A DNA stretch of 32,000 nt from Candidatus Zhuqueibacterota bacterium (GTDB lineage: Bacteria > Zhuqueibacterota > Zhuqueibacteria > Zhuqueibacterales > Geothermadaptataceae). The notes below the pieces were generated by a model that made no database searches, was not told the origin of the DNA, and saw only the letters and a list, made by a program, of their open reading frames with translations. The DNA is taken from the NCBI GenBank assembly GCA_015485525.1, contig WFTM01000433.1, positions 1 through 32,000 of the forward strand. Direction: 5' to 3'. Positions 22,904-30,016 of the stretch are shown here, piece by piece (position 1 is the stretch's first letter; the number at the start of each line of letters is the position of its first letter). The position numbers were made by a program, and so were the translations under genes.

Positions 22904-24364
22904 CTATTTGATCCGTACCAGCTCGATTCTCCTGTTGGCCCGCCGCCCTTCTGCAGTTTCATTCGGCGCGATAGGGTTCGCTTCGCCATACCCTGTGCAG
23001 ATCAGGCGTGCCGGCTCGACTCCTTTACTGATCAGAAAAGCACGCACGCTGTTGGCCCGGCGCAGGGACAGGCGCAGATTGCTCTCCGCATGGCCGCGGT
23101 TGTCTGTGTAACCGCGGATTTCCAGCGAGATATCCTGCTCCTGTTTGAGAATACGCGCGATCTTTTCCAGAATTTGATAACTGGTGCTGCTGAGCCGATC
23201 CGAGCCGCTGTGAAAACTCACGCCTTCCATCACCCGGCGCTCCCCGATGCGCAACCAGGGCAACGTGTCCGGCGCGCCGTCGTCGTCCTGATAGCCGTTG
23301 ACAGTTTCGGGATGATTTGGGGCTGCATCTTCAACGTCCGGGATGCCATCGCCATCATTGTCCGGATCGGGGATACCATCCTGATCCTGAAAACCATCCT
23401 TGTCTTCAGCTACATTGGGTGCGGCATCGCGCACATCAGGGATACCGTCGCCATCATTGTCCGGGTCCGGCATGCCGTCGCTGTCTTCAAAATCATCGAA
23501 ATCCTCGGCATGATCCGGTGCTGCATCCTTGCTGTCCGGAATGCCGTCGCCATCGTTATCGAGGTCCGGAATGCCGTCATGGTCTTCAAATCCATCCATG
23601 TCCTCGGCTTCATTCGGTGCCGCATCCCGCAGGTCCGGAATGCCGTCGCCATCATTATCCGGGTCAGGCGCGCCATCGTGATCGGCGAAACCATCGAAAT
23701 CTTCCGGGTTGTACGGGTCGCTGTCCTCGGAATCATAGATACCGTCACCATCTTTATCCGCGTCACTTTTGAAGTGATACATGAAACTGAGGTTGGCGTT
23801 GAGAAAACCGTCGGCATCGTTGCGGGCCACACGACCGTCGAGGCCATCGGAGAAGGCGTAGTTGTAGTTTCCGGAAAACTGCACCGACCACCTGGGCGTG
23901 AGCAGAATTTCAACCCCGGCACCAAACAGAGCGACTTCTTCCCATCCCTGGAACTCCTGCCCATCCTGACTTTTCAGCGGGCTGGTGCGGTCAGGGCCAA
24001 AGGCACGGTAGCGCAGCCCACCGGCACCGCTGTAAATATAGGGCGAGACGCGCATTTCCGGAAAGAACAGCAGGATGACACTCAGTTTTGCATCGAAAAT
24101 GTCGGTATAGAACTGGTTGAACGGTATCTCATCGCGCAGAGCGCTATAGCCGGAATTGATCTGCAAGCCGAGAAACGGAAAAGGCATAACCCGGGCAAGA
24201 AAGGATACCGAAGGTGTGTACCCGCTTCGCTGCAAGTCTCCCTGATAGTGTTGAACCCCTGTCTGTATGCCGATGCCAATCGGGCCGCGTTTGAACTGTG
24301 CAGTGCCGGGTTCGGCCATGAACAAGAAACTCGAGGCGAGAAGCAAGATCAATTGGGTGCGCAT
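22904..24364 (-). CDS. OmpA-family outer-membrane protein: N-terminal beta-barrel, thrombospondin type-3 (Ca-binding) repeats and a C-terminal OmpA peptidoglycan-binding domain
   Basis: This is track ORF 22904..24394. The start is set at the ATG at 24364 (MRTQLILLLASSFLFMAEPGTAQ), with aggagg 7 nt upstream. It contains repeated DxDxDGxxDxxD units and the C-terminus LEIRGYTDNRGHAESNLRLSLRRANSVRAFL...RRANRRIELVRIK. The 591-aa plus-strand ORF 22763..24538 is its antisense shadow. Confidence 0.9.
   Translation of the reverse strand: MRTQLILLLASSFLFMAEPGTAQFKRGPIGIGIQTGVQHYQGDLQRSGYTPSVSFLARVMPFPFLGLQINSGYSALRDEIPFNQFYTDIFDAKLSVILLFFPEMRVSPYIYSGAGGLRYRAFGPDRTSPLKSQDGQEFQGWEEVALFGAGVEILLTPRWSVQFSGNYNYAFSDGLDGRVARNDADGFLNANLSFMYHFKSDADKDGDGIYDSEDSDPYNPEDFDGFADHDGAPDPDNDGDGIPDLRDAAPNEAEDMDGFEDHDGIPDLDNDGDGIPDSKDAAPDHAEDFDDFEDSDGMPDPDNDGDGIPDVRDAAPNVAEDKDGFQDQDGIPDPDNDGDGIPDVEDAAPNHPETVNGYQDDDGAPDTLPWLRIGERRVMEGVSFHSGSDRLSSTSYQILEKIARILKQEQDISLEIRGYTDNRGHAESNLRLSLRRANSVRAFLISKGVEPARLICTGYGEANPIAPNETAEGRRANRRIELVRIK
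23300..23695 (-). repeat. In-frame tandem repeat, four units of 99 bp (33 aa) encoding TSP3 units
   Basis: The protein period is D234, D267, D300, D333 in track numbering. The unit is DGF.D.DG.PD.DNDGDGIPD..DAAPN.AED. The repeat lies inside the OmpA-family CDS. Confidence 0.85.
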
Positions 24365-24741
24365 ATCGAACCTCCTGGGTCGCGAAAAGTCCATCCCGGT
24401 AGAGTCAGAAAATTTATCATTCGCTTAAAAACCAGAATACCTCCATCAAAGGGCATACCAAACAGCCCCCTGAAAAATTTTCAGCCATCACCGGGATGGG
24501 GACTGCGATGCACGTGGCGTGCCACAGTCCGGTGGTGAATTCCGGTTAAACAGAGTTATCGGCAGAGCAGAAAGAAATATAGCCCAAAAGTAACAACCCG
24601 GAGACATGTCCGGAATAACCGCAAAAGAATCAGAAGATTAGGTCAGATAAAAAAAATCAGTCACTCAGGCGATGTGGTGCATCAACTGAAAAAATGTGTC
24701 ATATTTTGAACCAAAACGGGAAGTGGCACCCTGGCAGTCGA

Positions 24742-24904
24742 GGAAGATTCCGGCACTTTGCTTCTGCCGGGATGAAGAGACAGGCATGCAAGTCACCAGT
24801 ATTGCACCGGTGGGAACAGGCGCCTGCAGGGAACTGAAACCGTATCCATTCCGAGGGGACTCCGGTACTCCCGGAAAGCTGGCGATTTTCAGGCATTTCG
24901 AACG
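24742..24904 (-). repeat. Family B repeat, variant/partial copy B6 (inverted orientation)
   Basis: The reverse complement reads acgttcgaaatgcctgaaaatcgccagctttccgggagtaccggagtcccctcggaatggatacggtttcag...gaagcaaagtgccggaatcttcc. It shares the ccgggagtaccggagt / ggaatggat module and the gaagc..gtgccgg..aatc module with the other copies, and lacks H4 and H5. Confidence 0.55.
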
Positions 24905-25080
24905 TTCTTCTCGTCACACCGCTCCTGCGGTGTGACGTTTCTGTTGCCCCGCTTCCGCGGGGCAGTACCACGAACGAAATGAGACACCGCCACCTCTGAA
25001 AGGCAGCACCCAGTCCCAGGGGACTCCGGCACTCCCGTAAAGTTAGCGGCTTTCAGACACGATTAATCGTGCACCAAACG
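24905..25080 (-). repeat. Family B repeat, full-length copy B5 (inverted orientation)
   Basis: The reverse complement reads cgtttggtgcacgattaatcgtgtctgaaagccgctaactttacgggagtgccggagtcccctgggactgggtgctgcctttcagaggtggcggtgtctcatttcgttcgtggtactgccccgcggaagcggggcaacagaaacgtcacaccgcaggagcggtgtgacgagaaga. Confidence 0.8.
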
Positions 25081-25234
25081 TTTCGCTTCTCGCACTTGCA
25101 TTCCAACCTTACTGCAATTGCTGCTGCAGAGTTCGGTTCCACATCCCCTGGCCCGGATGCAGGCATCACACGATGTGGGGGGAGAGCCAAAATACAGGTA
25201 CGGTGGTATTTTGTAAGATTTGGGAATTCTCAGG

Positions 25235-25954
25235 CTAAAATGCTTCGGCAATCGTCGGGGACGCAGGCCGTCCTAAAGCGCCTTCGACGACGATACGGCT
25301 GAGTTTGCCTTTGTGCGCTTCGAGGAAATCAGCGAGCTGTTGCGGATGCTCCTGCCCGACGATCCTGAGAAACCAGCCGAGTGCGATCTGCACGGTAGGA
25401 TGATTGTCTTCGATCACCGGTTCGACAAAGGCAAAAACTTCGAGGGGTTGTAGCAGGATTTCGGGTTTGAGGGTTTTGGGTTGCAGATAGACCAGGCTGA
25501 CCAGGGCAGAACGTCTGCGCAAGGGTTCAACCCCCTGCAGCCAGGGTGCCATACGCATGATCAGCCGCGGAGATTTCTTCAAAGCGATAGCGCGGACGTG
25601 GCCGAGCCAGTCTGCCAGGGCCCAGTTGTCGATGTCGTTGGTCCAGTGATCGAGCATGCCCCACATGTGAGAATCGACGAGGTCCGGCAGAGCAAATAAC
25701 ATTTCCAGTCCGAGCATGCGCGACTCAAACCAATTGCTCTCCCACAGGTCCTGCAGCAGGTTCAACCACGAGAACTCTTCTTCAATATCCGGCAATCTCG
25801 CTTCGAGTTCACGCAGGACAGCGATATGCTGCTCGCGATTCAACCCGGCTATCTGCAAACGTGTACCGAGTTTTTCGCGCAGTTCTTTTGCATGCTGCTC
25901 ATCCTTCCTGGACAAGATAACGCGTTCGATTTCGTCCACTGTAAGCTGGCGCAT
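25235..25954 (-). CDS. DNA alkylation repair enzyme-like HEAT-repeat protein (AlkD/AlkC-related family)
   Basis: This is track ORF 25235..26011. The start is set at the ATG at 25954 (MRQLTVDEIE), with aggaga 7 nt upstream. The protein is all-helical and has the W-rich pattern DLWESNWFESRMLGLEMLF...HWTNDIDNWALADWLG...LRRRSALVSL typical of that family as I recall it. Confidence 0.6.
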   Translation of the reverse strand: MRQLTVDEIERVILSRKDEQHAKELREKLGTRLQIAGLNREQHIAVLRELEARLPDIEEEFSWLNLLQDLWESNWFESRMLGLEMLFALPDLVDSHMWGMLDHWTNDIDNWALADWLGHVRAIALKKSPRLIMRMAPWLQGVEPLRRRSALVSLVYLQPKTLKPEILLQPLEVFAFVEPVIEDNHPTVQIALGWFLRIVGQEHPQQLADFLEAHKGKLSRIVVEGALGRPASPTIAEAF

Positions 25955-26382
25955 TGATGTTTCTCCTGTAAGAATGGGCCTGGAACTGAATACGTAACCC
26001 GAGCGGCTCATGCAGGAATAGTGTGCATGAAGTCGGGATCATGGACAGGATCGTTTTTTCGAATCGGGCCAGACGGCTTCCTGCTGCTGTACCTGTCGAT
26101 AGGAATCATTAATAAAATAGCACTTTTGCAGTCGTGTTGCAGAGTTTTTTCTCTCAGCACCCACGCTGCCCCCTGAGCGGGCAGATCAGACAACCGGCCC
26201 CTGAGATCAAAACCTGAAAATATCCGGTTGGTACGCGTCGCGCTTCTTTTTGCATAATTCGGGATCAGCCATCCCGTGCAAACTTGACACCACTTTTTTT
26301 CACCTGAAAAACGGACAAGAGTGCACGGGAACAGAGCAACCCGGCCGGGAAATGCAATAAATCCGGCCGAATTCACACCAGG

Positions 26383-26847
26383 TCAGGCAGTCAATTCGCG
26401 CAGGGCAGCAAGCACCTGTTCGGCATGCCCGGTAACCCTGACCTTTGGCCAAACTTTTTGGATCACCCCCTGCTCATCGATGAGAAAAGTCGTGCGCACC
26501 GTGCCCATATATTTGCGGCCATACATGGATTTTTCCTGCCACACGCCGTACTGCTGCATCACTTCGGTGGATTCATCAGACAGAAGCGTGAAGGGCAATT
26601 GATACTTGGCGGCAAAATTTGCGTGGCTTTTCTGGCCATCCTTACTGACGCCGAGGATGACGGCATCTGCGCTGGAAAAATCGGGAAAATGGTCCCGAAA
26701 ATCACAGGCCTCTTTGGTGCAGCCGCTGGTGTTATCCTTTGGATAAAAGTACAGGATGACTTTCTTCCCCCGGAACGCACTGAGGGTCACCGGGTTGCCG
26801 TTCTGATCCGGCAATGTAAAATCAGGGGCTTTCTCTCCTGCGGTCAT
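26383..26847 (-). CDS. bcp: Thiol peroxidase / peroxiredoxin Bcp
   Basis: APDFTLPDQNGNPVTLSAFRGKKVILYFYPKDNTSGCTKEACDFRD contains the peroxidatic and resolving Cys pair in the canonical Bcp context. The protein is 154 aa. Confidence 0.9.
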   Translation of the reverse strand: MTAGEKAPDFTLPDQNGNPVTLSAFRGKKVILYFYPKDNTSGCTKEACDFRDHFPDFSSADAVILGVSKDGQKSHANFAAKYQLPFTLLSDESTEVMQQYGVWQEKSMYGRKYMGTVRTTFLIDEQGVIQKVWPKVRVTGHAEQVLAALRELTA

Positions 26848-27241
26848 GTTTATTTTTCCTTTTTCTGATTTTGCTGGAATCTGGTGCAGGCCAACGGGCG
26901 ATGAAAGTGATCACTTTTTCCACCTGCTCATCGCTCAACTCGTCACGCAAAGCGGGCATGCCATCATCTTCATCAGCATCCTTACCGTTGATGATAAAAT
27001 CCCGCACCCGGTCTCGGCCGAATTTTTCTATCGCACCACGGATGTCCGGGCCATCATAGCTGCCACTGCCGTCCCGGCCATGACAACGGGCGCAATTGGC
27101 TTTTTTGCTGACAAAACCATAGTATGTCAACTCGCCGGGATCGGTCATGCCCGGCGGTGGTTTGGCTTCACAGGAAAAAAAAAGAATAAGCACAAGAAAC
27201 GCAATCGAATTCAGCCCATGAGGGTGGGCGGTGTTTTTCAT
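26822..27241 (-). CDS. Small mono-haem cytochrome c lipoprotein
   Basis: This lies within track ORF 26822..27538. The start is set at the ATG at 27241 (MKNTAHPHGLNSIAFLVLILFFSCEAK, lipobox FFSC). It has a single CARCH haem motif and a later GMPAL block with a candidate Met ligand. The 3' end overlaps the bcp start by 26 nt. Confidence 0.75.
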   Translation of the reverse strand: MKNTAHPHGLNSIAFLVLILFFSCEAKPPPGMTDPGELTYYGFVSKKANCARCHGRDGSGSYDGPDIRGAIEKFGRDRVRDFIINGKDADEDDGMPALRDELSDEQVEKVITFIARWPAPDSSKIRKRKNKHDRRRESP

Positions 27242-27275
27242 CAGAACTTTTCTCCGGATTCGCTCATACTCTGAT

Positions 27276-29171
27276 TCAGTCCCACAATGCCCAGTACACA
27301 CCGGTACGGAGATAAAAAGGCCGCATCGGATAACCCGGGCGCCACTCAGCCTGCGTCTGCAAAATATTCTGCACGTTGACGAACAGCATGGCATCCCGGA
27401 AATACAGACGCAGCTCAGCGTCCAAAAAATAAACCGGCTGGTAGGCCAGTATTTCCGGCAGTCCGCCGCGCTCAAAAACCGGCACGCTGCGATCGCCGAA
27501 CACGCGCCCGCGAACGAGTACATCAAAACCGAGGTCACCGCCGAAGACCGTCCGGCTCAGCGAGGCTTCCACCCGGCCGGAGTAGCGCGGCTGATACCAG
27601 TACAAATACTCCGATGCCTTCTGCACACGGCCATCGGCCTGGATGAGCACCCTCCCGCCCCACTGGCTGCCCAGCTCGAAAAAAAGCGAGGCCGTGGTAA
27701 AGGTTCTGGCCTGCGGCGAATTGGTGAACATCACGACTGTATCCACCGTCGACAGGATGAACTCATCGTACAGGCGGCCGTGACGCACGCGCGCGACCAG
27801 ACGCAACCGCTTTCCTTCGCCTGTGAGGCCAAGCTCGGAATATGTTCTGCCCATGGGGTTCAGGCTGTCATTTCCTGCCAAAACCCCGGCGATAGCATTG
27901 GCATACTCCCCCGGTTCAGGCACCCGGCTTTCCCTTGCTGTGGCCGCATACGCGTTGAAGATTCCGGCGATAGTGCGCGTCAGGCTGAGTCGTGCCTCAC
28001 CATAGTTCCCGAACCGCGATCTGCGGCGCAGAGAGCCTACAGCCGATAGACGCGTTTCAGAACCCAGATTGCGGTCTGCACCTGCGGTCAGCTCGCTATC
28101 ATACAGATCGCCACCCGTATCGATCGCCGGGCCGTAGAATCGCTGCCATTCGAACCGGGCGCGCAGCGAGGTCTGCCAGTCTCTGCCCGGGAAAACTCTC
28201 TCTCCCTGCACCCCAGAGCGCAACAGCCGATTGCGCACGAAAAGCTGTTCCGCTTTTTCGCGGAGTTCCTCGCGGACATCCCAACTGAACAGGCGAAGAC
28301 TCCACAGATCACGCGCTGGTGCTGTTTCGCTGCTGTCCTGTGCCGCGGTTGCCGCAAACTCAAGAGCGTGCATGCTGCGGCTTTCTTTGCGCAGAAACGC
28401 ACCGCTGGTGCGAAGCTCGTCAAACGTCCAGGCTGCTCCTGCCGTGGTTTCATTGCGCGACTTCAGATAGCGATAGCGCAGTTCCCGTCCTGCACCGAAG
28501 GCGTACCGCATGCGCCCATACACCCTGTCGCCGGTATAAGGCCCTCTGCTCTCCACTTCAGCCTGGCCATCATTTTCAGCGATCGTACCGCCCCAGTAAG
28601 CGTCCAGCCGCGGAGAAAATTTGCGCGAAAAACGCAGGCGCAACCCGTCACCGCCATACGGCCCGCGCACATATTCCGAAATCACCAGCATGCGGCGCAT
28701 GTCCGGCCATTGGGAACGCAGTTGCAGAATATCAAAAGGGCCCTGCAGAGCAATCCCATCGATCGCAGTTTCCGGCACAGGCGTCATGCCGGTCTGGCCG
28801 TAAAGCCCAACCGGCCAGTCCAGCCCATCGAGACGCAGCCGCGTGAAGCGCGCCGGATCAGCGGCATAGCTCAGCAGCGCCGGCAGCCCGGCATCGCCGC
28901 CCCGGAAAATCATGCTGCCGGGAACATGAGACAACAGCTCAGCGCTGTCTTCGAAAATCTCTTCGCGCAGCTCTTCTCTGCTGAACACCGCCTGTTCTGC
29001 CGGTGTGTACCACTCTGCCTGCGGAATGACTGGCCGGGGAACGAGCACCGGGGCAGGCTGTACGGCCGCGCTGTCTGCAGAGGACTGCAGTGTATCGGCA
29101 GCAGTGGGCGTTTGCCCTTGTACGGTCCATGCTGCAGCCAGAAGCAGCACGATATAGCCTGAAAAATTCAT
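27276..29171 (-). CDS. TonB-dependent-receptor-like outer-membrane beta-barrel (plug-like N-domain plus large barrel)
   Basis: This is track ORF 27276..29234. The start is set at the ATG at 29171 (MNFSGYIVLLLAAAWTVQGQ). A plug-like block is present (DSAELLSHVPGSMIFRGGDAGLPALLSY...RLRLDGLDW). The rest is a long run of alternating strands ending FVNVQNILQTQAEWRPGYPMRPFYLRTGVYWALWD. Confidence 0.6.
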   Translation of the reverse strand: MNFSGYIVLLLAAAWTVQGQTPTAADTLQSSADSAAVQPAPVLVPRPVIPQAEWYTPAEQAVFSREELREEIFEDSAELLSHVPGSMIFRGGDAGLPALLSYAADPARFTRLRLDGLDWPVGLYGQTGMTPVPETAIDGIALQGPFDILQLRSQWPDMRRMLVISEYVRGPYGGDGLRLRFSRKFSPRLDAYWGGTIAENDGQAEVESRGPYTGDRVYGRMRYAFGAGRELRYRYLKSRNETTAGAAWTFDELRTSGAFLRKESRSMHALEFAATAAQDSSETAPARDLWSLRLFSWDVREELREKAEQLFVRNRLLRSGVQGERVFPGRDWQTSLRARFEWQRFYGPAIDTGGDLYDSELTAGADRNLGSETRLSAVGSLRRRSRFGNYGEARLSLTRTIAGIFNAYAATARESRVPEPGEYANAIAGVLAGNDSLNPMGRTYSELGLTGEGKRLRLVARVRHGRLYDEFILSTVDTVVMFTNSPQARTFTTASLFFELGSQWGGRVLIQADGRVQKASEYLYWYQPRYSGRVEASLSRTVFGGDLGFDVLVRGRVFGDRSVPVFERGGLPEILAYQPVYFLDAELRLYFRDAMLFVNVQNILQTQAEWRPGYPMRPFYLRTGVYWALWD

Positions 29172-29225
29172 AAATCCGGGAATCTTACACCGTGATAGTT
29201 TGATGAATAATGATTGCAACGTGCT

Positions 29226-29393
29226 TCCGGGCATCCGTTTGACTCAGCTAACCGGGCCTGATGCAGATATCGATATCTGTCATTCCGGCCAGACGAAGCG
29301 ATGTGCCGGAATTTTATCTTTTCAGGAGCGTACTGTGCTCAGGCGGACTGATTGAAAAAAGGCAACCGTGCTGAGTAAAACGGATAACCAGAC
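29226..29393 (+). repeat. Family A repeat, internally deleted copy A3
   Basis: The left end is gcatccgtttgactcagc. The right end tgctgagtaaaacggataaccagac (29369-29393) matches the reverse complement of the A1 left end (tgctgagtcaaatggatagccagac) at 22 of 25 positions. The centre is collapsed to a single hairpin, tgtcattccggc-cagacgaagcgatgt-gccggaatt. Confidence 0.7.
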
Positions 29394-29452
29394 CGTACCG
29401 CTCATCCCGGCGATGCGCAAATTTGTGAACAGCCCCGGGTAAAACCCTGCCA

Positions 29453-30016
29453 TCAGCCGGTTTGTTCCTTTTGGTCAAAATGCATATAACGCGCGGCCAG
29501 CGGATGGCGGCTGAGCTCCCGAAAAAGCAGTGGCAAGATGCCGCCGAAAATCAGGCCGTTGCTGATCAGATGGGTGAGATAAAAAAAGGCGCCCATCAGG
29601 AGCATTGCCCGGAAATCGACAGCCACAATCAGCGTCGAGGCCAGAGTAGTCAGAACATCGAAGACCAGGGTTACAGCACCGCCAAGCACGGCGAGCAGGC
29701 CGGCGTTTTGCCAGCATACGCGGGAAAAATCACGCCGGCGCACCAGCGCACCGGCAGCTCCGGCCAGGGCCATGCCAACCATTTGTGCAAACAGAACAGG
29801 GGGAGCCGCCATTCCGAAGGGGCTGAGCGAGGAATAAAAAAACATCGTCATCATGCCCACAAGGGCACCATTCCAGGAGCCGAGCACAAACCCGGCGATG
29901 AACATGGTGGCGCTGATGAGCTCGACGGGAACAGAAGCAAGGGGATAGCCAACGGCCACACCAAGGGCGATGAATCCGGCAGTGAGGGTGATTCTGCGCG
30001 TGCGTTCCTGCGTCAT
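29453..30016 (-). CDS. Six-TM membrane protein (ECF-transporter S-component-like size and topology; function uncertain)
   Basis: This lies within track ORF 29453..30169. The start is set at the ATG at 30016 (MTQERTRRITLTAGFIALGVAVG), which overlaps the cysteine desulfurase stop (ATGA at 30016-30013). There are about six hydrophobic helices in 187 aa. Confidence 0.55.
   Translation of the reverse strand: MTQERTRRITLTAGFIALGVAVGYPLASVPVELISATMFIAGFVLGSWNGALVGMMTMFFYSSLSPFGMAAPPVLFAQMVGMALAGAAGALVRRRDFSRVCWQNAGLLAVLGGAVTLVFDVLTTLASTLIVAVDFRAMLLMGAFFYLTHLISNGLIFGGILPLLFRELSRHPLAARYMHFDQKEQTG

Noticed and set aside
22763-24538. A 591-aa plus-strand ORF, the second-longest ORF in the track.
   Set aside because: It is the antisense shadow of the OmpA/TSP3 gene. 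Its sequence is low-complexity (repeated IRDAVAIIVRV-type units that mirror the TSP3 repeats), and it has no SD and no recognisable domain. The minus strand has a signal peptide, an SD, TSP3 units and an OmpA domain.
24554-24561. A perfect sigma-28 (FliA) -10 box, GCCGATAA, on the minus strand about 190 nt upstream of the OmpA/TSP3 gene.
   Set aside because: The -35 region (ctatattt) is only a partial match to TAAAGTTT. An 8-mer is also expected about once by chance in 64 kb of two-strand sequence (4^8 = 65536), and a second copy lies inside a CDS at 5047-5054.
25063-25251. A 62-aa Cys-rich minus-strand ORF (..CDACIRARGCGTELCSSNC..).
   Set aside because: Its start overlaps the 3' end of the AlkD-like gene, it has no SD, it abuts a family B copy, and the cysteine spacing matches no motif I know.
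26008-26376. A 122-aa minus-strand ORF filling the bcp/AlkD-like spacer.
   Set aside because: Its composition is atypical, it has no SD and no motif, and it would overlap the start region of the AlkD-like gene. I treat the region as intergenic.
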